This document shows, one piece after another, positions 13,601 to 28,600 of a stretch of 64,000 bases of DNA (the stretch's first letter is position 1; every line of letters starts with the position of its first letter). Both the position numbers and the translations under genes were made by a program. This DNA is from Obrimoposthia wandeli (taxonomy: Eukaryota), in assembly GCA_977020255.1 (NCBI GenBank), contig CDROCS010000703.1, positions 62,001 to 126,000 of the forward strand, given 5' to 3'. The notes below the pieces were generated by a model. The model was not told where the DNA came from. It made no database searches and saw only the letters and a list, made by a program, of their open reading frames with translations.

Positions 13601-16600
13601 ACAGTGGTAGCTCCCCCGGGGGGGAGGGGGTGGATTATACCGGACACATCCATCTACTACATACACGTAAATCGGCACTACTACACAGACAGAGGCAGTA
13701 AAATTACAGGTGTGTGTGGTGCACATGAAATTTGATAGGTAGGAAAATCAATATAGGATGCAGCAATTCTTTCTGTATTAACTCCTACTTCACAGACAAT
13801 TTCCTATCTCGAAGCAAGATATAACAGCCGGCCATCGTGATCTTAAATTCACCGCTCGACTGTAAGCACTTCGATTTATTAATTAAAATGTTTAATGGAA
13901 ATATTTCAATTCGAAACAACTTGCAGTAAGATGTTTATCTGCCAGACGTCTATTCGATTAAAACCATCCATAATGAATAATCGCTATCAAATGAGGATTG
14001 GACTGGATTTAAGACATTTAGCTTCCCAAACTCTTAGCAGTTTCAAAGTACAACGATATCTTAATAGACAATCTATTAGCTATCGCCAGAGCAAAAATAC
14101 AACGTATTGAAAGTCGAAACATAAAAGGGAAGTAGATTTATTTTGTGTGGAAATCCCAATTGGTTTATATGTTTGAAACAATATTATGTGTTGAAAATCG
14201 TGCTAATCCCCTAATTTAGTTTAATAATGAAAAACTTCGAATTCCCGGCCCTCCCCATCTGTAATTTGGACTTACACCGGTTCGAATAAAATAACAACCC
14301 CTCTTAGCCTCGACATAACTACGATATAAATAGATCTTCATAACAGTAAGCAAAAGAAATGCAAATAGCAAACCCAACATTACATAAACTAAAAGGAAAT
14401 ATTCAAAATATCGTGCAATAAAAAACTCGAATTATGAGTTTTTTTAAAGTGGTTTCTGCAAGAACTTGGGTCGGAACGATGCAGAGTTACATGAAAGAGA
14501 ACCTTTGTCTATTTACGACAGAATCTGCTGACCAATCTCAATTCAGGAATTCAGGACCGATAGCATCAATGGTTTTGGATGTAAACATGCTGTCATAATT
14601 GCTGCCTCCCTCTCTCCTCTGAAATCGATGTTGATTAGGAGAAAAGATCCCAGACAAATTTGTATTTTAGGGATTTTTTAAAATTTGTTCTGAATTCAGG
14701 TTAGATATATTTTTCAGGATGCTCTTAAAAGAACACCTTTACGTGTCAATTTTTTTCGACATACTTTCTCAAAAAATATATTCTCTCACAAAAGTCAAAT
14801 TATTTATATGATCTCGATGATGACTGCAGATTGGCCAAGGAATTGTCAAATAACAAACAGAGTGAGGGAATATTTGACAATTTACGCTCTGAATCTTCAC
14901 CACAATTTACTGATGGATATAGAAACAGTGACAATGTTGAGCCTGATGCAGTGAGCATGTATATGCATCTTAGGAGCAACGGTGACGACTGCAGATTGGT
15001 CAAGAAAGTCTCAAATAACCAACAGAGTGAGGGAATATTTGATAATTTATACTCTGAATCTTCACAGCAATTTACTGATGGATATAGAAACTGTGACAAT
15101 GTTGAGCCTGATGCAGTGAGCATGTATATGCATCTTAGGAGCAACGATGATGACTGCAGATTGGCCAAGATATTCTCAAATAACAAACAGAGTGATGGAA
15201 TATTTGACAATTTATGCTCAGCATCTTCACCACAATTTACCGATGGATATAGAAACTGAGACAATGTTGAGCCTGGTGCAGTGAGCATGTATATGCATCT
15301 TAGGAGCAACGATGATGACTGCAGATTGGCCAAGAAGTTCTCAAATAACCAACAAAGTGAGGGAATATTTGATAATTTATACTCTGAATCTTCACAGCAA
15401 TTTACCGATGGATATAGAAACTGTGACAATGTGAAATATTCAATAAAATATTACGAAGAATAATGGAAAGATGAAAGTTTCATTATTGTTGTTGTTGAAC
15501 AGCAGGCATACCATCAAAGAGAGGCGTAAATCAAACAACATAAATACCATCTTCACCTAAGTGACACAGATCCTACCAGATCATTGACACAGAATCGAGT
15601 TTGAGAATAGAATTCATTGTAATAAGGCTATCATAGCAAAGAGCTTGTGGTCAGATGTGGCCTGTCTCCACTGTAATGGCTTTATTGTTGAATTTGAAGT
15701 TCAACAACCCAAGAAAATTTGTGACATTTTCCAACATTCCTGAAAAGTTCGTCTTTGATTTGGCTTTTCCAGTACGTTTTGCATCGCATCCTATGTCATG
15801 ACATCACATTTAATGTACGCATATAAAGAAAATTAATAAGTAATAAAGATATTTGTATTGTCTGAAATTAATTGCCTATTAAAGTTCTTTTAAAATGTGA
15901 TATTATATAGGCTAAATATAAATTGGAATGATAAGTTATAATAAATTTAACTAAATAAATATTTCGAAAAAACTCACATATTTGTATAATACTGATATGC
16001 TATTTTCAATTTAATTTTTACAATTAAAGTAATAATAAGCAGTTTAAAAAAAATTAAAGTATGCTCAAAAAACTATTTTAAAATATTTCAAAGCATCAAT
16101 TTAATTAGTTTGAGTTTTTTTAATATGAAAATTAACTATAATATAGATTTATTTAGTATAACCTACATGCGCAATGATAGAAAATAACTCTTTCAAATTC
16201 AGTTTTTGAAAAATTTCCACGATTTAAGAGCTTTTAAATAAAATTAATTTGGTCGTTTTTTTAATTTCAAAATTTTGTATTCTGAAGTAGTTTAAGTCGA
16301 AAAATCTAAATTTGAAAGAATGATTTTAGAAAAACATGTTTGGTTAGGTCAGTGTCAAGTATGAAGCAACCTTTTCTAGATAAAATTAATGCTTTTATTT
16401 CATAAAATTCAAGTCCATTTCGAAACTTTTTTTAGTTAATTAAGTATCATATATATCGATTTGCCCCTTCGTTCAACATCCATACATAGTATTTTGTATC
16501 TATATTTAAATAAGTATTTAGTAAGGTTATTCTGTGTGGGGGTAACTTCAGAACAAAACTTTTGGAAAACAGTCCAATACAAGAGCTTCGATTTTGAACT

Positions 16601-19600
16601 ATCGACCCAAAATAGGATGTTCCCATGGATATTACAATACGTCAGGACAACACAGCAGGTGGATCCTCGGTTTTGAAACATCCGGTTTGAATTAGACTAG
16701 TTAAGTGTATGCACTAACAAAACAAGCCGTAATTCAGAATATTAGTCAAATAGAGTTAAACACTTAAATGTAGGACCAAGGTTCATGCTTACAGAGTGTT
16801 AAACATTCTAAACATATGTTTACACAAGTAACAGTTCAATATGGTCGCCATTCGATTCTAGACATATTTGGCAACGCTTGTAAAAGGTTCCAAAAGCTCG
16901 TTTGACCATGTCAATGTCAATATTTTGAAGGAATTCTTAACACCTTTCAGGTAGCTCTTGGATGGTTTCATCTTGTGGTGACTTGTAAACTGTATTTCTT
17001 AAGTAGACCTACCACCAGAAATCATTGATTGTGAGACATGAGCTACGAGGAGGTCATTCAGCTTCAAGCTGTGAATATAAATAATTATTTTTAGAGAAAA
17101 TACAACGAATAGTTGCAAAAAATTGAAGAAACAAAATTTGTAGTTTACTTAAAAAGGCTCAAAGCTGAGTTCAACTTACAAGCAAACCCAAGTAAACCTC
17201 ACACGATTTTGGCATTTAATCAATCACGCAATATTTGTACAAAAGCTAACTCGATTTAAATGAATATTTATTATAAACACCTTTTAAAATATATTTAAAT
17301 TAATATCTAAAATAATAGAATTAAAAATATAAAATTTATATAATAAAATATACTTGGAATACATATTAGATTTTTTTTATGAAATCAAATTGAATAACTT
17401 CTTCCAAAGTTATAACTAAACATATTTTCTTGCTACAAAGCACAAAAATGTTGATGAAATCAAGAAAAACTGAATTTAAACAAAAAAATAGCCACAAATG
17501 ACAGTTTTTTATATCCTCAGTAAATTGTGGTATAGATTTGGAGCATAAATTTCAAATACTCCAGTCTCGAAAGGTCATAAATTTTCGTTTTATTTTGGAT
17601 AATAACTAGGATCTTGAATTCAATTTTGGTATTGATCAGTAGTCAAGGAAACTTCATTAAATGTCCACTTGTACTGTCAATTTTCTTTAATTTGAATATA
17701 ATTCTGACGGCTTTGTTTAACATTTTACAGGTGATTTAATTGATAAGCTCGAATATTAAAAAATAATCAAATCTTGATTTATTAATCGCATAGCGACGCT
17801 TGTTAAATTATATAAAATCATTCATATCTTAACATCCGATGAACGTATTGCTCTCAAATTTAGCGTATAAATAAACTGTGAGTCTTACAATATATTCAGA
17901 AAATTACATGGATTATAAAACTATAACCAAGTTATAAAATTTAAAAACAAAAACCTTAAAATTAGTGCAAATAAATAATAGGGAGATATGGTTATCTCTA
18001 CATATTCTTAATATAAGAGTAATTAAAGGTCATTTTTTCAAATACATAATATTTTATAATAAATGGGACTAAAAATACATCTCAATGAGAAAGAAAGGTT
18101 TAGTATAACGATTTTACATGGACTTAAGATTCCAGTTTTCAAAATAGCTAATGCCTTAGGTAGACATCGATTGTCTATGTATAGGTAAAGTTTTATAAAA
18201 GTTAATTTAATATATAATAATTTGTTCTAGAGATTTTCAATACACCATTAAACAGGAAAAATAGGTCAAAAACGGAAAATAAAGGCAAGAACTATCAGAT
18301 GAATTAGAAGGTTAGTTGTTAAAAAACCTTGTTCCGCAAAATGTATAAAAAATACGTTGGGAATTAATAGCCATGTTCAAGCGTTATGAAATGTAATGAA
18401 AAGGTTTGAAATTAATTGGAGAAAATGTACAAAAACTATGTGTTTGTCAAAAGCTAATAGAATAAAACGGTTAGTATTTTGTAAAACAAACCCCGACTAG
18501 TTTTATAAATTGGAGAAATGTCCCTTTAACCGACGAAAAGTATTTCGGATTAGATGGTCCTATTAATAATATGTATGGACGGTCCACCAAATACAATATG
18601 CACAAAATAATGAAGCGACGCTCGTCGGGAGGATCAGGGATGATATGGGAATGTATAACCTATGACGGAACATTAGGTATCATCTTTGTAGATGGAAATT
18701 TAAATGGAACCAAATATATTAATATTCTCAAATGTATGCTCCCAAATGTTTCTAGACCCCAACACATATTTCAACAAGACAATGCTCCTTGTCACATGCC
18801 TAGAATCGTAAAGGAGTGGTTTCAACAAAACGAAATCAATGTACTAATCTGGGCCCCTCAAAGCCCGGATTTAAACATCATAAAGAATGTTTGGGCCAAA
18901 ATGTCAAACGATGTATATGGTTGTAGCAAACAATATTTTTCAAAGGTTTAATTAAAAATCACAATATTAGAATCAGCTGTTAAGATGGATCGCGAATATA
19001 TTCAAAATCTGTATATTAAGCATACGAAAAAGGCTTGTAGATTGTTTTGATAGGAAAGGTGGGACTACAAAATATCAAATATTTATTGAATTTAGCTTAT
19101 TTTAATAATAAATTTACTTCGTGTCTATTTCGACTTTTATGTTAGTCAGATTATTGAAATAAAGTTATTGTCGCTATTTAATATTTGCATACAGTACGTT
19201 GGTATTGTAGTTATCTCAGTAGTAAGGTATTTTCTTATTAGATAAGTCTTTTTGATATGAATGGCATGCTCTTATCACTTTATTTATTTGACAATTCATT
19301 GCAATGTTTGCATATAGATAACTCTTATTGTTCTAAATGTTACTTTCATATCCAAAAATAATGACTAAATATTATTTTCATTTATTTTTACTTTTTTGAT
19401 TTCTTCGATGTAGCTATTTCATTAATAAGATTTTGCATTTCGGAAAATTTGTTTTCATAGTTATTAGAATCAAAATCAACATAACGTTGTGTGTCATCGG
19501 CATAAAAATAAAAATAAATATTATATTTCTTTCTAATCGCTACGATTGACGAATTATAAATCGAACCTAGAATCGAATACTGAGGACTTTAAGTATTTAT

Positions 19601-22600
19601 GATCTGAGACAATCTCATCAATTATAACAGATTGCTTTCCGTAATACTTCATTATTAAAAGATTCAAAGGCTGCATATAGATCTAGAGGTATTATAACGG
19701 GTGTATACTTGAAATCCGTACATTTTTAAATAAAATGAAAAAAAGATTTTTTAACACTTATTTTATAGCTAAATACCAGGCAAATATATTGTAACAAACA
19801 AAATAAAGTAATCTAGTTAATGCAGAAGACTTTTTACACAACGATTTTCTGCCTTTTTTAAGTCATCAACAATACCAGCCATCATGTTTGCAATGACTTC
19901 CATATCAATATGATCCAAGCAAAGTTTTATGTGTTGCTTAAGTCGCCGATGAGTTTCAGCCTTCCCTCCATTCTTAAACGCCGTATCCTTACGCAATCCC
20001 CAGAAATCCTATATAGGCCTTTGTTGCGCCACATTGTGAGGGTTGTTTTCTTTAACCACCACTTTGATTTCAAACTCTGCAAAAGTTTCCATTGTCAGTC
20101 GTGCATAATCCAAACTTGCCAAATCAAACCAGAACAAATAATGACCATCCTGTGGTATTGTTAACTGAATAGAAGCAATCTTTCAGTTATGCAGCTTTAT
20201 TGACTGCAATTCCTGACCTTTGAAAGAAAGGCTCAAAGAATCCTTGTTCGATGATGGCCACCCAAACAAACACCTTCTTTTCATTTTTTAGTGTCAGAAA
20301 ATCTGAGATTGTCAGGAGCATCACTACGAGCAGTATCATAGTAAAAGCTTTTACCAAGTAGTTTAACATGTTTGGGTGTAAAATACGACTCGTCATCCAT
20401 GATAATGGAAGGGAATTTGTCTTTTCTTAGCTGTGTAAAAAGTTTAGAGATTCTTACTTTTGAACTTCTCTTTGCTTTTCAGTGATATAAGTACGTTTTC
20501 TTTTTCGAATATGTACCCCATGGCCGTTCTCAGTTGGTGGAGTGATTTGTCTGGTTAATTCCGATAACGAACGAGATTCTAACCTGCTAAATAGTATTTG
20601 TGTGATAAGTAGCACAAACTGACTTCTTAGAGGAATCAATGGCTCTTAGCCAAATGAGATGGAGCAATAACAGGTCTGTGATGCCCTTAGATGTCCGGGG
20701 CCGCACGCGCGCTACAATGGCAGTATCAGCGAGTATTCAATCCTAGCTAGAAATGGCCGGGTAACCTGCTGAAACACTGTCGTATCAGGAATTGTGGATT
20801 GCAATTTTTCCACATGAACGAGGAATCCCTAGTAAGTGCAAGTCATTAGCTTGTGCTGATTACGTCCCTGCCCTTTGTACACACCGCTCGTCGCTACTAC
20901 TGATTGATACCTTCAGTTCTTTGCAGATTTTTGCCGCATAAGTATGATGAATTCCATACTTTGATGCTACTTCGCGCATTGACGATCAGTTTCACTTTAT
21001 GTCTTTCAACATTTTCTTGACTTTTCTTTCATTCATCTTCTCAGCTACTCCGCCAGATCCTTGTGCCCTCTCAGATGAATTTCGTTTTTTGAATCGGTTA
21101 AATACACCATAGACAGTTTGTCTTGCAATCCCGAGCTCTTTGACGTAGACGGCATCTTTATTGAATGATTCATCAGGATCAGATAGGTCGTATTGTATTA
21201 TTAAATCACTTCGTTGTTGTTTATTTAAATTATCCTTTTATCACGATAAATCGATAAGGTGATTAAAATGATTGGTTAAAACAAAAGTTTTTTTAATATC
21301 TATAATTTTTAATTGTGTCTCAAATTTCAAGATAATTTATCAAACTGTCCGATTTTTAACCCCATTTACGGATTTTAAGTATACACCCGTTAAGTACAAG
21401 TTTTCTTTTATTTAATAATTTATGTGATATATCGTTTTAAAAAATATTGTTTAATAATTTTACTTTTATTCTTTTTATTTAAGTCTTCATTTTAAAATCT
21501 TTAAATACTAAAAGGCGTCTAAATTTTTTCTTTTACTCATTTTGAATCAAATCTGAATTTTTCATTATTTGGGAATATCCTGGTTTCTCATACATTTTAC
21601 CTTTTTTTAGATTTTCTTAATTTATATTTTGCATTATAACAAAATTTCAAAGTAAAAATAACTTTTTTACACTAAAACAAGTCAGCAGAAAAAAATTGTT
21701 GATTTTAAAAACTTGAAATGTCTGCGATAGTTAATGTATACAAACTAAGATACAAAAACGTATCTTATAATATGTTCGAAAGAAGAAATATTTACAAATA
21801 TTAACCATTATGTGCCTATAATAATCCCATTTATATTTCATAAATAAAGTAAATTATATATCGATTACAAAACAAGATATTTTAACTATTTTGGAAATAT
21901 CATTACTGAACTAATTGTTTAATTATTTTATAATTTTAAATTTATAAATGGTTGAATTTAAAATGAATATTGAAGCGATTATTTTAAGACACATTTCTAA
22001 TCTTATACTTAGTTGGCTTAGTATACCTTAGCAAAAGACAGTCACCAATTGCTCCAGTTCGTGTATACAATAAAGAAATAAAGTTAGAAGAGCCCCATTT
22101 ATTGCTATTAAAGTAATTGGAACAATGAAAAAGTTTGATGAGGGTTAATGAAAGTTGAAATGCAAAAATGTTGTGACAAGCCCTTTAAAATTGAAAGCAT
22201 TGGCAAATAAAATGTGAGGATGTGGTTAAGCTACAAACTAATAATAATCGGAATGATTTGACAACATTGTCATTAATTGCCAGTAAACGTTCAAAAATTA
22301 TGAATTTTGGGTTTAATTAGCTAAAAACCGTTGAAACATTTAAATCTGAATAATATTTTATGGACAGATTAAGTCTACTTCAGTTTGAAGGTATAAGTTA
22401 AATCTGTCCAAGGTAGTGTTTGGTCTGATGTTCTTGTTCGAATTAAGATAGAAAAAGCGTTACAAGAAAAGAAGAGATTAGTGTGATGTGGGTTCATATG
22501 ACTTAAACTCAAACAATTATTTTTTCAGCAAGATGTGGCTTCTCCTCACATCGAAATAAATTTTTAAAGAAGACGCTTTAAATAATCGAAGTATGAGTCG

Positions 22601-25600
22601 TCAATGTGTCTTTTCGTTGCCACCTCGTTTCCCAGATCGCAACCCAATGGACCTTTTCTTTTACGGTTACCAGAAATATAAAATATACCAAGGAATTCTT
22701 TAGATTCATTAAAATCAACGAGAAAAGAATGTGTTGAAAATATTGATTAAAACTTACTTCGAAAAGTGATCAATTTGGTACTTGTGAGATTTGAAGCTGT
22801 ATTTCCGCGCAAAGGAAGTCATATCTAAAAATGAAACTAAATATGTTTTTATTTACATATATATTTGTAGGTAAACACTTCAGAAATTTAATTTTCTGCG
22901 ACTTCGTTGATTGAAACAATTCTAACAAAATTTCAGAAATCAAATTTGGGAGATAGTCAGAATAGGTTGGGCCGAATAAATTTCCAAATTCTCATTTTTT
23001 TTCTCGGTACCGTTCCATCTTAATTATCCCATCTAACATAGCTTGTGTGCAATAATTTCGATTTAACTCCAACAAATAGTTTGGGGTCTGTTAAGCCCCA
23101 GCATTTGTTATTAATGAAGAAGCAGCAGTCTGGGATGGTGAGGATGTACATCACGTAATTTGTGACAAGACGACATGTGCAGACAATTTCGGCAGCTGTG
23201 CTTTCATTGCCAGTTGTAATTTGATTCTGTTTCCTGCGACAAAATCGCTAGTCAAAACCGACGCCAGTCCCCGAATTATGGGGAAATTAATTCATTGTTA
23301 ATTGCTCCCATGTATGACTAGTTGTACCCTCCCCCAAATGACAGTGGGTTACTCCAAGAATCGTTCACATCCGTCACCCAAATTCGGCCGGTGTAAACAT
23401 AAATATGTTGCTTAATCAATACAAATCGTTGTCCTAATTACACGAATTCGGGCGGTGATGATGATTATTTAATTTCATAGACATTGTCAACTGGGAAAAT
23501 CAATTTCCCATCTGACACAAAATATGTATTCGATTTGCAGCCCAGGTTTTATTAGTATATTTCAATAAAAAAGTAAATTCTTTTATTTCATAGCACAAAA
23601 AAAAAGTTTAAAATTGAAATTGAGAACACCGATTCCGGCGAAAATTGCACCTTTTGTTCGATGCGTCTTATATAGTATGAGAAGAACATAAAACTTTACA
23701 AAACAGTGAATATTTAGAATTCGAAGAGCTCAATCAAAATATGATAGATCAAGAATATATTGAATCTACCAAAATGAACTGTTCGTGCTATTAGGAATGT
23801 ATGTAAGTACAGAAGCAATACGATTAAGAAGTAATGAGGTCAACAGATTTAAGTAGAAAAGTATCAACAGCTGTGTATAAAACGCAAAGAGCAGGATGTT
23901 CATCTGATTCACGAAAGTATATCGACGGACATGACAACTGGGGGAGGCAGTATGGACACCATTACGCTAAAAGAGAATATCGAGGCGGATGATTCATGGC
24001 GTGGCTTATGTTCATACCAAATGAATAACTTAGCCTTACAATAATAATACGAATAGATAACAGATCCAATGTAAAAGCTTCAAAATAGATTGTGTAACTT
24101 ATGCGACATTACATTTTGGTAATTCATTTATCCTACAAACAGATAGTTATTAAGTTCATAAGTGCAAAATGGTGAAAAGCTTTGGTCTGATTCAAATATA
24201 ACTATTCTAGATTGTCCCTCCAAAAAACGGAGGCTTTAAAAACAAAGAAGATGTTTGTATATCCACGAATCTATGAAGGAATTGCTTTGAAACGAGCAGT
24301 TACATACAAGAATACAAATAATATCGCGTAAAAGTTGTTGTTTAATTATTTAATTGATAAATATATTTATGGCATGAATTTTAAAAATTATGTAAAAATA
24401 TACTGAAAAATAAAATATTTCGAAAACAAAAAATTAAAGAATAATGATAGATGAAAACGGAAAATATTTGACATTATCATTTAAATATTAGAAAAAATTA
24501 AAAACAAATTTAATTAAAAGTTTTATTATTCATATATTTAAAAATATTTTCATATGATTATTAACATATTTTTCTTAAAATTCTAAACCTTTTTTAGAGG
24601 TAAAACGTGACTTTTCATAAAATATCGTGTTTGTTGTACTTTTTCGAGCGAAATTTTTAATATAACTTCAACCTAATATATCTTGGGAAATACTCAATTC
24701 CATTGAAAGGGAGCGCGGATACCCGCAACAATTTTTGAGACATTTATATTTATCAAAATATTGACTCAAAATTCAGCATATATCTACTGATTATTGACAC
24801 GTTGAGTTTTGACGTTCTTGGGTTAAGTAGTTAAATAACAGTGTCTCGCAAATATGTATTTGAAAAAGATCCTTAAATATAATTTAAACAAATTAGTTTA
24901 AAAGAACTCATTTGTTTGGAATATACCAAATATTTGTTGTTATATTATTTTAAATATCCTTAATTCTCGGGTATAGCTGGTGGGCTATATAAACAAAAAA
25001 GGCATTTTTTAAACATACATCAAACAACAATTTATTATCCAAAATTTCACGCATATTTTAATCTGTCACACTCGCTAGATATTGAGTTAAAATAATTTAC
25101 AATCCACTTACAAATTATTCTTCAAGGAGCTCTTTTCATATTGCCTGTTTTGATATAGGAATGATGCCCACTTTTCATCCACTTCTTCAATTCCTTTTTG
25201 AATTTTTATTTAAAACTCTTGATCACGTGGAATTACAGCAATTGAAGATGCTGAATCTAATTTTTCCTTCACAGACTGTGAAATGAGGAAGCGCAGAATA
25301 TAAAATTAGAACAGATTTGGTTTTAAAACCCAAGCCAGTACTTCATATATCCATTTCTTGAAATCCTTCATTTGCATAGACGACTATTTCAAGTGGATAC
25401 TTATATTTTGGAATAGCTTTACACTTAAAATTTACGATACGGGGGAGTTTATTCAGTTCGTGGTGACACATAATATAGCAGTGGAACTGCTTTTGTCCCA
25501 ACTGACTCAACAGCTCTGGATCGAACAACACTTCTAAAAATTTTCATACCAAGCTGCACATTTGGCTCTTTGCTTAATTGTATAAAATATCTTCTTAAAA

Positions 25601-28600
25601 GGTAAAATAAAATATTTATTTGATGCAAAAAAATCAAATATTTTAACCTTCAAAAAATATTTTAAAACTAAAATAAACCTCTACCTTTAGAATTGTCCCT
25701 CTGTTCATAAGACACATTTTATAATACTTTCTCCTTTACAAATTTTTTTAATTTAGTATTAAATTAAAAAAATGTCCCCTGGTAAAGTTAATTTATATCC
25801 CGCTAAATTTTGTTTCCAGCAATATTGATTATTTATCTAAAATTAACCTATTTGCTATTTATACGTCCCCTTTGACTATTCAATTTTGCTTTACAAGAAA
25901 AAGTTCAAAAAACATTTAATTTTTCATGCTTTTATCATAAACAACTTTCTCTACTAGCTTAACTTAAAGTCACATATATCCTTTAGTAATTATTTGAACA
26001 ATCATCAAATTATGAACGCATTCTTGCAGGTGAAGCAGCCGGCAATGCAGTGGTCAGCATCGAACCGCAGTACTCGCCAGGTCAGATCAGTGTGCGGTGC
26101 TCAGTACAGAGCACCGCCAATGACGCAGCCCTCTACAACGTGCACCTGCAGTGTCCGAGCAACTCGGGGTTTGAGCTGTGTTACTCCAACTGCAGCTCTG
26201 TCTGTTTACTCGAGCGCGGCTGCGAGAAGGAAGCCATCCGTAGCTGCCAGTATGCCAAATTAAGCGACTCAAAGGTCAGCGACTGGCTTCTCTTTCACAA
26301 CAAAATGCACAAACACACGGACCATTCATCAAGTAGCCACAGATACCGCATTTAAGAATATTCGGAGGCATCAAATGCGCCTGGTTATTATATATCCCAT
26401 ACAAACTTACATGATTGGCAAATCATAACTTACTCAGACCTAATAAAAGGCATCTAAGTGACATTTTACATATATCTCCCTCTTTTCTCCCCATTTCATT
26501 ACCTTGGCCTACTAGAAGCCCCGACTGGAACATATTGTTAGGCTCCTATGAGAGTCAGGAACTGCAACTGGAAATTGAACAAACACACATCTAAATTTGT
26601 TTTATGATTTACAGTCTCCTTTGGATTTTCCACAAGAATGAGAAACTATCAAAACAAGAATACAGAAATCGAAGCAAACTAAAGTGTCAGGGTACATGCT
26701 TTAAAAAGGGAGCTGAATATTCCTGTAATATTTTCTAATGTATACATTTTAATGAAAAATAAGCTACCTTTCACAGTTGACAGTTTCTCATAGTCCAAGA
26801 AGGAGTGGACCGATTATAATCAGTAATTATTTGATTCTCTACGAATCCAGTCTACAAATGAAGGCCTCCACAATTAGAAGCGATACACACTGAATAATCC
26901 CCAAATTTGTGGACCCAGCTTTATAATAAACTTCGGGACCTTGAAAATAGAAGCAGATTTTATTGCATAAATAACACTTTTTCGATGATTTTGAGACGAA
27001 CGCATTTTATGAGGTTTGACACATTTCAGTAGCAAATACTTCTTTAACAGTGTACATTACCTACAGTAAAAATGTATCTTTAAACTAAAGTTGTCAGGAT
27101 AAAAACAAAACTTATGACATTTAGAATGATAATTTGTATGTGTTAGTTATGTCAAGGCGATGTGACAAAAATGAACCAAAAATGAGACGAGATTCTGAGG
27201 AAGTACCCAGATGGGAACTTACTGTGTGTTGTGAAAGGAGAGGCGAGACTAAGCTATGGATGTCACAGGTCGTGCTCACATACCTGGTTGACCCTACGCG
27301 GATTCGGAGGAGTGGCCAGTGGCGTTGCATATTCAAAACCCACAAGTCCTCTGCCATCACCCTACTGAAGCGTCAGCCGCCTTCGTCAGCGACCACCACG
27401 TCATCAGCAAGCAAGCCACCAACAAATAACGAAGCCAGTGTTACTCAGACCGATACAGGGAGCATCACCAGACCCTTCATCAGTGTCATATCGAGTGAGT
27501 ATTCATTATAATAAGACAACAGAGAATAATTTGAGGTATTTTCCTTGCCTGAATTCAAATATTTAACTCAGTTTTGTAACTCATCAACATTTTATAAATC
27601 GTCGCAAAAAAATTACAAATATACATACACAAAGAGACTGTAATATAAATAGAAATGTATACATTGGTGTGTTTTTCCGCTGTGTTTTCAGTTTCTTTGA
27701 TATTTGACAACAGTACCATATCTATTTAATTTCCCTGATAAAGTTGATCGATTGTAGCTATACCGTGGTGAAATCTTTCACTTTGATCTTCATCATAAGC
27801 TCCACAGTTTTGGGAGAAGAGGTCCAAGTATGAATCGAGAAAATGCCTTTTGAACTCTGACAAGTTCATATTTTTCCCAATTTAAACATACAATGATTAG
27901 CTTTTGGATAGCATTAAGAAGCACAGCACCGACAAGCCATATGAGCTGCAAATGTTTTGTCTTGGTTTTGAAGGTGAGACATTTAAATCTTGGGCAAAAC
28001 AATTTAAAGAAACCGTCAGAATTATTTTCAAACATAGTGATGAAATGTATAAATTTTACCCTGAATCTGCACAACAATAGAAGAAATTACAACAATGTTG
28101 AATAGTTCAAGAAGCAGTTGAAGATTTTGCTATTCAGAAATAATTAAGCAAGATAATTTATTGCTTGGAAAACAGGAAACACTTCTGAGAAATAAATCAT
28201 AGATTCATGAGACATTATCGATATATTAAATATAGTTTTGTTGTTTATGTGTTAATGCATCCACTGAATATCTGACGCCATCCACTAATGTGTTTGTCCC
28301 ATACAGCAGTATCCAACCCGGATGATCATTCCAGACCAACAGTTCATCTGTCCACCAACCCCACAGAGCTGCGGAGATTCTCTATTTGTGAGTAACCTTT
28401 CTTCTAGTAGCTAGTTTATTGGTTAATGTACACTGTGATATGTGTTTCTCCCCAATACAACAGATAAGGTCGTTTCCTTTATCCCAAAATGAGCCCAGTT
28501 TCATACCACAATCATATCGTTTTTTCTTTCAGGTATCTTCTCTTGTTGCTGAAGGTCTCTTTGGATCTTCCAATCCGTTTCTATGTAGAAAATCTTTTTT

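Noticed and set aside
20519-20907. Functional rDNA locus, or species assignment from the 18S piece
   Set aside because: Only ~390 bp, embedded in a transposon with no ITS, 5.8S or 28S. Taxon assignment needs a BLAST search that could not be run.
23850-24150. Possible Merlin/IS1595-like transposase remnant
   Set aside because: Single weak motif (DDSWRG); unsupported.
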